Shown piece after piece: positions 7,270-17,545 of a stretch of 21,059 nt of DNA (positions within the stretch are counted from its first letter, which is position 1; every line of letters starts with the position of its first letter). Source of the DNA: Armatimonadota bacterium. GTDB taxonomy: Bacteria; Armatimonadota; Armatimonadia; Armatimonadales; Armatimonadaceae. The notes beneath the pieces were generated by a model. The model saw only the letters and a program-made list of their open reading frames with translations, had not been told where the DNA came from and ran no database searches. Location of the stretch: positions 1 to 21,059 of the forward strand of contig JAYUUO010000298.1 in the NCBI GenBank assembly GCA_043754515.1, written 5' to 3'. The position numbers and the translations under genes were made by a program.

Positions 7270-10200
7270 ATGCCGACCGCTCCCCAACATCTGCCTCCCG
7301 CGAGTGACGACGCCCCCCCTCCGCAAGGGGCCGAGGGGCTTTTCTATGTCACTGGCGGCACGCTCCCGCCGACCGCCGCCTCCTACATAGTTCGGCAAGC
7401 CGACACCGACCTGTACGAGGCACTCGGGGCGGGCCACTTCTGCTACGTGCTCAATACACGGCAGATCGGCAAGTCCAGCCTGATGATCCGCACCGTGCGC
7501 CGCCTAGCGGATCACGGCGCGGCGGTGGTAGTGCTCGATCTAACCGCCATCGGGCAGAACCTGTCTCCCGAGCAGTGGTATGACGGGCTACTCGTCCTCC
7601 TCGGCGAGCAACTATGCCTGGAGGACGAGTGCGAAGACTTCTGGCACGAGAACGCCAACCTTGGGCCGATGCAACGCTTCTTCGTGGCGTTGCGGGAGGT
7701 GGTATTGCCCGCGCTCGGCGAACGCCCACTGGTCCTGTTCGTGGACGAGATAGATTCGGTGCGCTCACTCCCCTTTTCTGCCGACGAGTTCTTCGCCGGG
7801 ATCCGCGAATGCTACAACCGGCGCGTGCGGGACGCGGTCTACGACCGCCTGACGTTCTGTCTGCTCGGCGTCGCGACGCCTGCCGATCTGATACAGGACA
7901 CCCGTCTTTCCCCCTTCAACATCGGCCACCGCATCACGCTGACCGACTTCACCGCGGCGGAGGCCGCCCCTTTGGCACGGGGGATGGGGGCGAACGGCGC
8001 GCAGTTACTGGCGCGCGCGCTGTACTGGACCAACGGCCACCCATATCTGACGCAACGCCTGTGCCGCGCCATTCTCCAGGGCGGTTGCACGACCGTGGCG
8101 GACGTGGACAGGCTGACGGAGCGGCTGTTCCTGTCGAAAAGCGCGCTGGACGGCGACGACAACCTATCCTTCGTCCAGAACAGGATGCTCCGCTCCGAGT
8201 TCCCGGTTGCAGACGTGCTCGATCTATATGGCAAAGTGCGGGCGGGGAAGCGAATCCGGGATGACGAGACGAACCCCCTATGCGGACTGCTACGACTCGC
8301 CGGGATCACGCGGGCGGAGCATCCTGCCGAATCCCTGCGACTCCGTAACCGGATCTATGAGACCGTCTTCGATGCCGACTGGGTGCGTAAAAACATGCCC
8401 GACGCCGAGTTGCGACGCCAGCGGCAGGCGGCGTTTACGGCGCGGATGCAGGTCGGCTCCATCGCGGTCGCCGTGATCGTCGCCATGGCGGTGCTGTCCG
8501 TCCAGTTATTTCAGACGGCGCGGGAGGCGCGGGAAGCGGCAAAGCAGGCACGCCAGGAGCAGACCAGGGCCGAGGCCGAGCGCAACCGGGCGAACATCGC
8601 GGAGGAGGTCGCGAAAAGCAACCAGCAGAGCGCGGAGAGGAACGCGGGCGCGGCGCGGCGGAGCGCGAAACGGGCAGATGAGAGCGCGGTCGCGGCGAAA
8701 CGGAGCGGGCAACTGGCGAAGGAAGGCGAGACGAAAGCACTCCGGGCACGGCGGGAGGCACTGGCGCAGAAGAGCCGGGCGGACGCCGCGGCGAAGGCGG
8801 AGCGGGCCAGCGCGGAACTAGCGGTCGCCGCCCGCAACGACGCCCTGCGGCAGAAGGGGATCGCGGAACTGCGCCGCCGGGATGCGGAGGAGCAACGCAA
8901 GGTCGCTCTCAATCAGACCGGGATCGCGCAGTCCGAGCGGTCGCGGGCGGAGCAGGAGGAGGGGAAAGCCCGACAAGCCGCCGATGAGGCCCGCAAAGCG
9001 AGCCTTTTCGCGAACGAGCAACGGGAGAACGCCGACGAGCAACGCCGGAGCGCGGAAACACAGCGCAAGAGCGCGGAGCTTTCCCTGGACCGGCTCAACA
9101 GCTACAACCAGCGGCGCGCCGAACAGCTCAAGGCGCGTATCGCCAGGGACCCCACGGACGTCGCTTCGGCGGTGGAACTCGCCGGGTTGTATTTCGAGCT
9201 TGCCTCGATCTACGACGACGTGAAGAACCGGGAAAGGTCGTCGGACAACTACGCGCAAGCCGCCCATTACTTCGGCGTCGCTCTGGCGCGGAAGCCGGGC
9301 GACTACCAGTCCCTCGCGCAACGCGGCTTTTGCCATATGAAGTTGCGCCATCTCCCCGCCGCCATCGCCGACTTTTCCGAGTGTATCGCGCTACGCCCGC
9401 AGGCGGCGGGATCAGCGTACCTGAACCGGGCGCGGGCGTTCCACGAACTGGGGAAGTATAACGACGCCCTGCGCGACCTCGCCGCGCTCGAAAAGTACGA
9501 CCCCGCCCAGATGGATCATCAACTCCGGGGGCGGTGCCTGATGGCGATGCGCTTGTATGAGCAGGCGGCGCGTTCGTTCGAGCAGATCCTCAAAAACCCC
9601 AACCCGGTCGCCGCCGACGAGGGGTATTTGTGGCTGGGCACGTTGCGCCGCGAGCAGGGCGAGTATGACCGGGCATACGCCGCGTATGCGAGCTATTCGC
9701 GCCGCTACCCGCGCTCGGAGGGTCTGACCCGGAGACGTATTGACTGTCTCCTCGGTGCGAAGCGATGGACGGATGTGGCGCGCGAATGCGCGGCGTACCG
9801 CCAGCAGTTCCCCGGAACCGCCGTCATGTACCCCTGGCACGCCTACGCGCTTCTCAACCGGAGCGACCTGCCCGGATACCGCAGCCTGTGCCTCGAAGCC
9901 ACGGAGCGGTTCGGGGGCGCGAACACGACGCCGGAGAATGCCAACTACGTCGCATGGACCTGCGCCTTGGGTGCGAACGGGTTACGGGACTACGCGACGC
10001 CGATCCGTATCGCCCGTAGAGCGGTCGCGGACGCCCAGAAGCAGGCGGATGAGGCGAAGGGAGAAAAGGACGCGCTACTCGACGCGCTCTGGGCGGACCG
10101 CAATACCCTGGCGGCACTACTGTTCCGGGCGGGGACGAACGACGAGGCACTCCGGGAGGCTATTGACTGCGAGGCGATGCTGCGCACCTTCACCCCGGAC

Positions 10201-10380
10201 AACCGGTTCAGCGACTACATACTGTTCGTGATGATAGCGGCGCGGGCGGGGGATAGAGCGGAGGCGACCCGGTACCTGGAGAAGATACACGCCCTACCCG
10301 CCTCCCCGGACATCGAGACGCGCGTCGAGCAACGGCTTCTGCTTCGCGAGGCGGAACGACTGCTCGGCGCGCCGAACTGA
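7270..10380 (+). CDS. AAA_35/STAND-type NTPase with TM helix, long coiled coil and TPR repeats (1036 aa)
   Basis: [15 protein letters not shown], Walker A RQIGKSS, Walker [48 protein letters not shown]; ~200 aa Ala/Glu/Arg/Gln-rich helix; TPR-like repeats. Candidate -10 TATAAT at 7244-7249. Confidence 0.88.
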   Translation: MPTAPQHLPPASDDAPPPQGAEGLFYVTGGTLPPTAASYIVRQADTDLYEALGAGHFCYVLNTRQIGKSSLMIRTVRRLADHGAAVVVLDLTAIGQNLSPEQWYDGLLVLLGEQLCLEDECEDFWHENANLGPMQRFFVALREVVLPALGERPLVLFVDEIDSVRSLPFSADEFFAGIRECYNRRVRDAVYDRLTFCLLGVATPADLIQDTRLSPFNIGHRITLTDFTAAEAAPLARGMGANGAQLLARALYWTNGHPYLTQRLCRAILQGGCTTVADVDRLTERLFLSKSALDGDDNLSFVQNRMLRSEFPVADVLDLYGKVRAGKRIRDDETNPLCGLLRLAGITRAEHPAESLRLRNRIYETVFDADWVRKNMPDAELRRQRQAAFTARMQVGSIAVAVIVAMAVLSVQLFQTAREAREAAKQARQEQTRAEAERNRANIAEEVAKSNQQSAERNAGAARRSAKRADESAVAAKRSGQLAKEGETKALRARREALAQKSRADAAAKAERASAELAVAARNDALRQKGIAELRRRDAEEQRKVALNQTGIAQSERSRAEQEEGKARQAADEARKASLFANEQRENADEQRRSAETQRKSAELSLDRLNSYNQRRAEQLKARIARDPTDVASAVELAGLYFELASIYDDVKNRERSSDNYAQAAHYFGVALARKPGDYQSLAQRGFCHMKLRHLPAAIADFSECIALRPQAAGSAYLNRARAFHELGKYNDALRDLAALEKYDPAQMDHQLRGRCLMAMRLYEQAARSFEQILKNPNPVAADEGYLWLGTLRREQGEYDRAYAAYASYSRRYPRSEGLTRRRIDCLLGAKRWTDVARECAAYRQQFPGTAVMYPWHAYALLNRSDLPGYRSLCLEATERFGGANTTPENANYVAWTCALGANGLRDYATPIRIARRAVADAQKQADEAKGEKDALLDALWADRNTLAALLFRAGTNDEALREAIDCEAMLRTFTPDNRFSDYILFVMIAARAGDRAEATRYLEKIHALPASPDIETRVEQRLLLREAERLLGAPN

Positions 10381-10393
10381 CACTGCCGGTCGG

Positions 10394-10417
10394 CCCGCGC
10401 CGGGCACGAGGCGCGGG
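10394..10417. terminator. GC-rich hairpin between convergent genes (possible bidirectional terminator)
   Basis: CCCGCGCC-N8-GGCGCGGG; no U tract. Confidence 0.45.
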
Positions 10418-10418
10418 G

Positions 10419-11783
10419 CTAGAAACGCGCGGCGATCCAGAACAGGCGCGACGCCGAAGCGTTCGCGAGCAACGTCTTGACCCACCGCGAGCGGTCCGAC
10501 GACTGCTCCGCGGCGTCCGTCTGTAGCGTAGCCGTCTGCCCCGTGAAACGCTCCCACCGGGCGAGTTGCTCCGGCCCGATACACCACAGGCGCCAGTTGC
10601 GCCAGTAGAAGTTGTCGGCGTCGTCCCGGATGTAGTTGTAGGCGTAGTTCGCCTCGCGGCGGCATTCGCGAGCGATCGCCCGCGCGAGGTGCCGGTCCGG
10701 CGTCGCCTGACTCACTTGAAGCAAGCCGTCGAGCAGGAAGTGGACGAAGTAGGTGTGGTCGTAGAAACACCGTTTCCCCGGATCGCTGACGAGGCCGTCG
10801 TACAGGCGCGACGTATGATTGAGGGCGGCGGCGGCGAGTTGGGCCGCCTTTTTCAGGCTCTCGGGGTCCTTCGTCAGGCGGTAATGCTCCACATAGGCCC
10901 GCATCGTGACGCCGGTGTTGTACGTCCATTTCGTGGTCATCACCGCCCAGTTGGGTGCCTTCAGACCGTCCAGAATCAGGCCGTCGGTGTCCCGAAGCCG
11001 CGTCCATATCCACGAGAGTGCGGACGCGCCCCAGGCGATGTTGAACGAAGCGTTCCGACCCGCGCGGGCGAGCGTGAGGGCGGCGAGTGCCGCACCCGCC
11101 GTCGCGGACACGGTTTTGTCGGCGGTGCCCGATTTCGTCGGGTCCGTCCCCCACCGCTCGCCGCCCGGCTTCCCGGTGTCGTCCCAGCCGCCGTGGATGA
11201 AGTTCGCCATGATGTCGGTGGCGCGGTTCAGATAGACCGTCGCGTGCGCGGGTTCAGTCTTGCGCAGGGCGCGGTACGCCTCCGCGAGCGTGATCACCGC
11301 CCAGACGTTGTCGTCGTAATAAGCGTCGTGATTCCCCGGTGAGTAGAGCCAGGCGTTGTAGGCGTGCATGCCCCCGTTGAAATACTTCTCCAGCCCACCG
11401 TATATCTGCCAAACTTGCGGCGCGTATTCCGCGGGGTCGGTCTTCGCGCCCTCGACGAGCGAGTGCAACGCGATCTGCGAGGGCCAGAACACATAGCCGA
11501 GGTTGTGCGCCGCGTCGCTCGGCACCGCCTCCGCGCTCATCACGGTCGCCTTGAACATGCGGACCTTGGGATCCCAGAACCGGCCGATGGTCGCCCGCGT
11601 CATCCGCGTCGCCTCGGCGGCGTAGCCGTTCGGCGGCGGTGCCAGGTTCAGCGGCGTCCCACCGGGTGCCGCGGTGTCGCCCAAGGCGTGTCCGGTAGCA
11701 ACCCCAACGCCGAATAGGGACGACGCGCCCAGGCCGGCGATGGCGGCGGATTCGAGAAAGGAACGGCGGCTTGATTTATCCAT
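10419..11783 (-). CDS. Glycoside hydrolase family 76 (alpha-1,6-mannanase-like), Tat-exported
   Basis: SRRSFL twin-arginine signal; catalytic YYDDNVW; KWTYNTG; AAGGAGG RBS at 11791-11797. Confidence 0.88.
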   Translation of the reverse strand: MDKSSRRSFLESAAIAGLGASSLFGVGVATGHALGDTAAPGGTPLNLAPPPNGYAAEATRMTRATIGRFWDPKVRMFKATVMSAEAVPSDAAHNLGYVFWPSQIALHSLVEGAKTDPAEYAPQVWQIYGGLEKYFNGGMHAYNAWLYSPGNHDAYYDDNVWAVITLAEAYRALRKTEPAHATVYLNRATDIMANFIHGGWDDTGKPGGERWGTDPTKSGTADKTVSATAGAALAALTLARAGRNASFNIAWGASALSWIWTRLRDTDGLILDGLKAPNWAVMTTKWTYNTGVTMRAYVEHYRLTKDPESLKKAAQLAAAALNHTSRLYDGLVSDPGKRCFYDHTYFVHFLLDGLLQVSQATPDRHLARAIARECRREANYAYNYIRDDADNFYWRNWRLWCIGPEQLARWERFTGQTATLQTDAAEQSSDRSRWVKTLLANASASRLFWIAARF

Positions 11784-12202
11784 GACACGGCCTCCTTGAC
11801 GGTATCACTCACATGATGCGCTTATGTCGTAAAAGTAGCCGCTGTGATGAAGAACTTGAGTTCATAAATCTGACCACAATTATTGGCAATGACTACCACG
11901 GAAGATTTACTCTTTTCCAGCTACACTTTCATCACGTCTTCATCACATCCACGCCGGGCTCACGCGGTGAGGATTACTCTGCGATTGAGTGCCCACTGCT
12001 TCAACCAGCCAAAATCGGTTGCACGTCGTCGCTTAGCATTCAGCAGACTTCGCTGCGCCAACATGCCCTTCCATCGCAATGTCCGGTGAGACGCCTGCTC
12101 GTAGGTGAATTATTCGCGGTGAAACGCGAGGATCGTTACCACCTCACGCGCAACTACTCACTTCCTTTAATGTATACCTCTTAGAGAGCAGTCAATGTCA
12201 TG

Positions 12203-14212
12203 TCACAGCGAAAGCACTTCCTGGGCTGTTGGGGCACTCAGACCAAGAGTTGGAGTGCTGGTTAACCACGCGGTGGGAATGAGTTTTCGGCCGTTGCGCC
12301 ATCTCTCTGGTTCGCCGTCACTTCCAACCACGATGTTCTCTTTGAACCAGTCTTCATCTATATCCGCGTGATCAATAACAATGACTTGGAACTGCGATTG
12401 GAAATCTTTCATCGCTTCAATCATCCATCGAAACATCCTCTTTACTGCTTGGCGGTCGTCCTCTTCCAAAACATCGAGTGACCCTTCTGCATCACGGTCT
12501 TGAGGATAATACACCTGAGTTGACTGATCCAAAAACAAAAATCGGGGAGTTGGGCGGTCTTTTTGGACAAACCAATGGTGGAGAGCAAAATGAGTCGCAA
12601 GGTGGTAACCTACCCAGTTGGCTCCGCTTCCCATTCTCCTTAGCGGTACAGGGCCTTGTTCTGTGTCAGCGACCACTTGGAGGTTTTTCAAATCGAAGCG
12701 AATCGGATCATTCTGATACTCCAGTCCAAGCGACTTTGCGTACATTCCGATGCGTTTCCCAATGATGCTGAGGATCGAGGGCAACATCTCTTCTGCGCTT
12801 GTATCATCAAGTTCCTTTTGAAGCGTTTCCACCCGTTGTTGCGCCTTGTTGACCTCCGTCTCCTTTTCAGAGTTTTCTACCGACGATGTAATGCCCCTCA
12901 GATAAATATCGATGCCACCGAGGATGCGATTGAATTGAGCATTGGATCTGAGTTGCTCGCCCATCTCAGGCTGTTGCCGAATTAGGATATTTAGTTGTCC
13001 CCTTACATCCGTTAAGCGTTGCTTGACGTCAGTCAGCTTTTGTTGTGCCTTGTCTAGAAACTCACGCAAGCGCGGTTCCTCTCTCACTACGGTATCAAGT
13101 TGTCGGTCTACCCGTGCGAGCGAGCGCTCTAAATCGCGCACCTTGGGAATAGAATGTTCAAGCCGTGACTCACAGATTGGGCAGATGATCTCATCTGCGT
13201 CTGTGGGAGCGGAGTAGAGGTTCACGAACGAAAGCCTAGCGCGTTGCTGATTCGCCTCAAACTGAAAGCCTTTTTGTCCCATATAGCATTCGTTCGCAGA
13301 GCGTATTTGGTCTTGTATGTTGCGCATTTCCGCAGCCAAGCGCGAACGCTCGCCTTCTAAGCTACCGGTAACGTCGCCTGGGATGGGAAGCGGTTCGGCG
13401 GGGGACCACTCAAGTGCTGGTCGTAGCACGAGTGCTAATTCTTCAGGTGTCTGGGGGGTAGCGGCTGATCGTATCAGGCCAAGTTCGTTCGCCGCCGCCC
13501 ACAACTCCAAGCCAAGCGAAATCCCATTACCCACTCCTCGGAGGGATTTTGCTTCTTTCAAACGCTTCTGTGCAACGGCGAGAATTCGCTTCGCCTCGCT
13601 TAGTTCATTCATTTTGGCAAACCTATCATCGGGGATAGCCCCGAGGAAATAGGGGAGGGCATCTTTTATTGCCTGCATTCTACCAGTCTCGCCCTGTCGG
13701 TGAAACAGCATCGTCGGGTTCGCAACTTCCGATTGTTCCTGAAACGTCAGGAGAAAGCCCTGTCTGACTGTCGCCTCGAGCGGCAAGCGGGACTGTCCCT
13801 CGGGCGGGATGTGAAGGTTCGGAGCTATGCCCAGCAGTTCCGACAAAAGTGGCGACAGAATGTCGCTCGTCACGTGTGCTGACAGTTCTTCATGAGAGGG
13901 GACACCGACCTCAATACCGGTGCTAACAAACACTTGCGAACTTGACTTCTTGCCATAGCCGGGCGCACGGCGTGCTATGAATATCTGCTTGCTCGGAAGA
14001 AGTAGCCGCAATCCATACCACTGGGAATTGTCCTCGATAACACCAGCTGATATGTTGCTTGTACCGCGTCCCAAGCAGTATTCGACAATGTGAATGAGGG
14101 ATGATTTCCCAGTCTTCGATGCACCTGTGATGATGTTTAGTCGTCCGGGCCGGAGAGGAATCCGCCGTAACTTACCGCCCTCACCGTATATTACGATATC
14201 AAGAATCTGCAT
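12203..14212 (-). CDS. lmuB: Lamassu/ABC-3C SMC-like ABC ATPase (LmuB/DdmC-like, DUF3732-type)
   Basis: Walker A GASKTGKS, coiled coils around a CPIC zinc hook, signature MGSGANW, Walker B FLFLDQSTQVYYP, H-loop QVIVIDHA. Confidence 0.88.
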   Translation of the reverse strand: MQILDIVIYGEGGKLRRIPLRPGRLNIITGASKTGKSSLIHIVEYCLGRGTSNISAGVIEDNSQWYGLRLLLPSKQIFIARRAPGYGKKSSSQVFVSTGIEVGVPSHEELSAHVTSDILSPLLSELLGIAPNLHIPPEGQSRLPLEATVRQGFLLTFQEQSEVANPTMLFHRQGETGRMQAIKDALPYFLGAIPDDRFAKMNELSEAKRILAVAQKRLKEAKSLRGVGNGISLGLELWAAANELGLIRSAATPQTPEELALVLRPALEWSPAEPLPIPGDVTGSLEGERSRLAAEMRNIQDQIRSANECYMGQKGFQFEANQQRARLSFVNLYSAPTDADEIICPICESRLEHSIPKVRDLERSLARVDRQLDTVVREEPRLREFLDKAQQKLTDVKQRLTDVRGQLNILIRQQPEMGEQLRSNAQFNRILGGIDIYLRGITSSVENSEKETEVNKAQQRVETLQKELDDTSAEEMLPSILSIIGKRIGMYAKSLGLEYQNDPIRFDLKNLQVVADTEQGPVPLRRMGSGANWVGYHLATHFALHHWFVQKDRPTPRFLFLDQSTQVYYPQDRDAEGSLDVLEEDDRQAVKRMFRWMIEAMKDFQSQFQVIVIDHADIDEDWFKENIVVGSDGEPERWRNGRKLIPTAWLTSTPTLGLSAPTAQEVLSL

Positions 14213-14262
14213 TTAATTGTTGCCTCATTGAGCTATGCCGGTGTACCAACTCGAACATGATT

Positions 14263-14772
14263 TCAAGGTCGGATTCCGAGGAAATTGTAGATGGTCGCCT
14301 CGTCTGATGACATCGCGAGCCAGCGGCCTAAGAACCTTGCTCGATCAACGCACTCCGATACTTCATCGGTCCCCGACACTGTCCGACTCTGAAGTCCACG
14401 CGTTTTGTTCAGTTCTCCAGAGCCGATGCGGAGTGCTCCATCATCATCCACATCTAACAAATGACGCACCATGAGAAATCGCAAGGACTCTCGTGTAAAG
14501 GGCGTGGTATTGGTAATGTGATTGACTAAATCCAGACGCACCTGTGGATGGTCTTGAACCCACACCAAGAACATTGTTGTCGTGGATCTGGGCATGATCT
14601 CGCGCGTCGGCTTATAAAGCACGATAGGCAAAACCAAGAATATGAGAGTCAAAGGCATGCCTTTGCTGGCTGTTTTCCCGTAACTGCGAACGGCTTCTAG
14701 GATCAGGAAGCCGCAGAAGGCTGGGTTCATAAGATTTGCCAGTTCAAAGTGTCGATCCTGCCAGGGAGTCAT
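14263..14772 (-). CDS. lmuC: ABC-3C middle component (LmuC/DdmB-like)
   Basis: W..R..ELANLMNPAFCG...FLVLPIVL...R...A.FLGRWL...IYNFLGIRP; ATGA overlap with the upstream gene. Confidence 0.85.
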   Translation of the reverse strand: MTPWQDRHFELANLMNPAFCGFLILEAVRSYGKTASKGMPLTLIFLVLPIVLYKPTREIMPRSTTTMFLVWVQDHPQVRLDLVNHITNTTPFTRESLRFLMVRHLLDVDDDGALRIGSGELNKTRGLQSRTVSGTDEVSECVDRARFLGRWLAMSSDEATIYNFLGIRP

Positions 14773-16010
14773 ATTTCGCCCTCATGCTTATTAGCTTCGC
14801 TCAGGCTTGAAGGAAACATCTCTGACCAGCGCGGATGCCAGCCAACCTTGCTGTTATCCGCGAGGCGATGCAATGCCCCTCTCATAACTGTCAGATAGGT
14901 GTTGTCGGGTCTGATCAAAACTTGACGGTCTTGCGTTTCACGGTAAAAGGTGCGCCCTAATTTCCGCTCAACCTCCTGATCGGTACATTCGCTTAGATCC
15001 TCAACCATGTAATTGAAGTGCCGTCGCCATTCCTCTACAAGCCGTAAATCGTACTGATTCCAATCTTCCATAAAGAGTAACCGCTCTCGAATCCACTGTG
15101 ATCGTTCCTGAGAGGCTTTATAGTGGTCGCAAACTGCCTCGCTGACGGTACTGTCATTACAATCTACGACCCGTAACTGCTTTACAAATACACGATCGTC
15201 GCTTACCGAGGGAGCTGCATCTGGAGCCTGGGCGAAACACCAATTCAATGGTAGGTCTCTTTTCCTTTGTGTATCGCGTATATTTTGGATCACGTCGTCA
15301 AGATCAGTCGCGCGGATCACAGATTGACCTACTTCGCCCGCGAGGTGCTGGACAACTCGATCAAACCACCAACCTTCCACCCTACGACACATACCATCCA
15401 AATGCTCGGGATGAGTGCGTCCTTTCAACACTCCACGTAATTCGTATCCCAAGTCTATGATGTTAGGTTGCTCGGCGAGGATGTATACGGACCTAATAAG
15501 GTCAGAGCGTTGTGCAGACGACAGGCGCATAAAGGTATTATGTGAATCGACCAGTTCTTTCTGCTGGCTTCGCGTATTTCTCACGACTTCTTCCAAGCGC
15601 ATTTGCGCCGTCGCCTCATCGCGAATATAGCCATCTACTTTGGGTAGCAAGAGCGACGCGATACTTCCATCCGATACCGCTGCAGTAGTCACGAGACAGA
15701 GAATAGACCCGGGAATCGTGAGTTGTCCTCTTATCACTCCCTCTGACCATACTCGAAGTGTTTTCCAAAGATCGGCACTGGCATCAGTTAGATTTCCCTT
15801 TCGGGTTATAGAATGCTTGGTTTGTAGTCGCTCTTGCGAGGTGCCTCTGTCGAATGCAATATCGTCAAGCCGCTCTATAGATATTTCGGCGGATGCATCA
15901 ATTTGGCCACGCTTCAAAAGAAGCCAGAGGGCGTAGCGACACTGATAAATGTATCCGAGTGCTGAGTCAGCCGCATTGAACAAGTTGGATTTGGGATTTG
16001 GCGTGGACAT
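14769..16010 (-). CDS. lmuA: Lamassu effector: Cap4-like PD-(D/E)xK nuclease domain plus ABC-3C C-terminal domain (LmuA/DdmA-like)
   Basis: SALGYIYQ...ERLDDI...LQTKH...DLWKTLRVW; C-terminal FVKQL...RSQW...L.EEW...RGALHRLAD..KVGWHPRW. Confidence 0.85.
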   Translation of the reverse strand: MSTPNPKSNLFNAADSALGYIYQCRYALWLLLKRGQIDASAEISIERLDDIAFDRGTSQERLQTKHSITRKGNLTDASADLWKTLRVWSEGVIRGQLTIPGSILCLVTTAAVSDGSIASLLLPKVDGYIRDEATAQMRLEEVVRNTRSQQKELVDSHNTFMRLSSAQRSDLIRSVYILAEQPNIIDLGYELRGVLKGRTHPEHLDGMCRRVEGWWFDRVVQHLAGEVGQSVIRATDLDDVIQNIRDTQRKRDLPLNWCFAQAPDAAPSVSDDRVFVKQLRVVDCNDSTVSEAVCDHYKASQERSQWIRERLLFMEDWNQYDLRLVEEWRRHFNYMVEDLSECTDQEVERKLGRTFYRETQDRQVLIRPDNTYLTVMRGALHRLADNSKVGWHPRWSEMFPSSLSEANKHEGEI

Positions 16011-16098
16011 TATTTTGTTTTAGACCCTGGTTTCCTAGCACCTTCGATTCCGGCCGTTGAGCCGACCTTATGGGCGAAGCCGCGCCCCCTTCATCCAA

Positions 16099-16126
16099 AG
16101 CATAATCAAAATGCTGATTTTATCAA
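16099..16126 (-). promoter_or_regulatory. Putative sigma70 promoter of the Lamassu operon
   Basis: Minus strand TTGATA-16 nt-TATGCT, ~90 nt upstream of the lmuA ATG. Confidence 0.5.
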
Positions 16127-16194
16127 TACAGCTTTCTGTTAAACCGAGGCATAACGGTTCGCAAATTAGTGAGTGCTAATTGAATTAAGAGAAA

Positions 16195-16440
16195 TCATAC
16201 GGGTGAGTTGTAGGCAACCAAATCTATATGGTAGGCTGAAACATCACAACAGGTAAAGGATTTTTGACCGGCGATCGAACTCAATCCTTCGAACTTCGCC
16301 CGTCTTAGGTAGGTTCACAAACCATTATCCCGTCCCTGAGTAGAATTTGCTACCGCTTGACTCTATGCACAGGTTAAGGAGTTGGGTGTCGCGAATCATC
16401 GCGTTCCACCCATTGTCGTAGTAACCGAGCTTTTCAGGGT
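16195..16440 (-). pseudogene. Decayed fragment of an unknown gene, homologous to 1-96
   Basis: ...ESSGSKFYSGTG*WFVNLPKTGEVRRIEF, then a frameshift to IAGQKSF...; a stop replaces the Tyr of the other copy. Confidence 0.5.
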
Positions 16441-16512
16441 GAGCATGTCGTAGCGGATCGCCGCTCCGCGACGAGCGGTGACAGGCGCGCGGAAACACTC
16501 CTCCGCTTCGCG

Positions 16513-17124
16513 CTACGCGAAGACGCGTACGTACGCCTTCATTGTGGCGCATTCCTGCCCGACCGATTCGCCGTGGGGGCGGATCGTGTACGTCCCCACG
16601 GCGGCGGGCACGATGAACGTTTCCGCGTAATGGACCACGAACGGCTCGAACGCGCCGCCCGGACTTTCCACTATCGCCTCGCGCCCGGAAATCAGGTTCA
16701 GAACGTTCACCGTGCCGCGCGTGTTGTGCGTCACCGTTCCCGTGAACCAATGGCGGCGGGTCTCGATGAACTCGGCCGGGTGCAGACCGGTCCGCTCCTC
16801 GCGCCAACCCGCCCCTCGCGCCACCGGATCGAACCGGTTAATCAGGCGGGTACGCGCCCACTCGGCGTCGCGGTCGTACTGGACGTTGTTCGCCCCGTGC
16901 CCCAGATTGATCGGGCGCGGCAGGCCGTCCAGACCCATTCGGCCCCAGTCCCACAGCTTGAAGGTGAAGATGTAGGGGGTCGCGCTGATCTCCAGCACCA
17001 TGACGTCCGCGCCGGAGCAGTGGAGCGTGCCCGCCGGGATCAGAAAATGATCGTGTTTGCGGGCGGGCCAACGGGCGGCGTACCGGGCGGCGGGAGCGGT
17101 TCGTTTGAAGACAGCGATGCTCAT
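16513..17124 (-). pseudogene. C-terminal fragment of a long-form class I mannose-6-phosphate isomerase (cupin)
   Basis: WPARKHDHFLIPAGTLHCSG...VLEISATPYIFTFKLWDWGR.GLDGLPRPI...EERTGLH...FIETRRHWF...VHYAETFIVPAAVG. Similarity begins near 17095 and the N-terminal majority is missing. Confidence 0.82.
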
Positions 17125-17314
17125 GGGGAGCATTGTATCAAGCCGGCGCCCTGCCGCCGCGTCCATCCGTCCGCGCCCTTCAGCCTTCCAAAACGCTCGC
17201 GTCCCGAACTCGCGGAGAACAAGCCGGGAAAGCAACCCGAACGATGACGCAATTGTTCTGCTGAACGGGGCGCAAGTCCGTTAGCAGTCCTTAAATCGCG
17301 GTAGAATGGGAATC

Positions 17315-17545
17315 ATGGAAACCGTCGTGCCGCAAGAGCCTACCGTCGAAATCACGCCCGAACAACGCGCCGCGATGGAAGCGTGGTTCGCCGCGCACCC
17401 GTACGGCGAGCAGGACGAGAACGGCATTGACCTGTCGCTCCTCCGGGCTAGCCTGCGGCGGACGCCGACCGAGCGTCTGCACCGATTAGAATGCGCCGCG
17501 AATTCGTTGCGAGAACTGACCCGGCATGCCCGAACCCGAAATTAG
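17315..17545 (+). CDS. Small hypothetical partner of the nucleotidyltransferase (76 aa)
   Basis: GIDLSLLRASLRRTPTERL motif; overlaps the next gene by 20 nt; TAGAAT (17302-17307) lies 7 nt upstream of ATG 17315; second copy downstream. Confidence 0.75.
   Translation: METVVPQEPTVEITPEQRAAMEAWFAAHPYGEQDENGIDLSLLRASLRRTPTERLHRLECAANSLRELTRHARTRN

Larger units (their letters stand above)
11824..16452. mobile_element. Lower-GC horizontally acquired defence island (boundaries approximate, no mobility gene)
   Basis: Visible drop in GC and change in codon usage relative to both flanks; ATGTCGTA occurs at both compositional edges (11824-11831, 16445-16452). Confidence 0.55.

Noticed and set aside
8510..9110. 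Repetitive GCGG/GAGC-rich DNA as a repeat array or CRISPR
   Set aside because: Explained by coiled-coil codon usage; no constant repeat with unique spacers.
11813..12184. 123-aa plus-strand ORF at the island edge
   Set aside because: No recognisable motif or RBS; cannot be supported, though it may be decayed cargo.
16171..16179. CIRCE element (GAGTGCTAA)
   Set aside because: Only one half-site is present and no chaperone gene is nearby.
17125..17235. N-terminal extension of the 240-aa isomerase ORF
   Set aside because: No isomerase similarity; ATG 17124 has a fitting -10 element.
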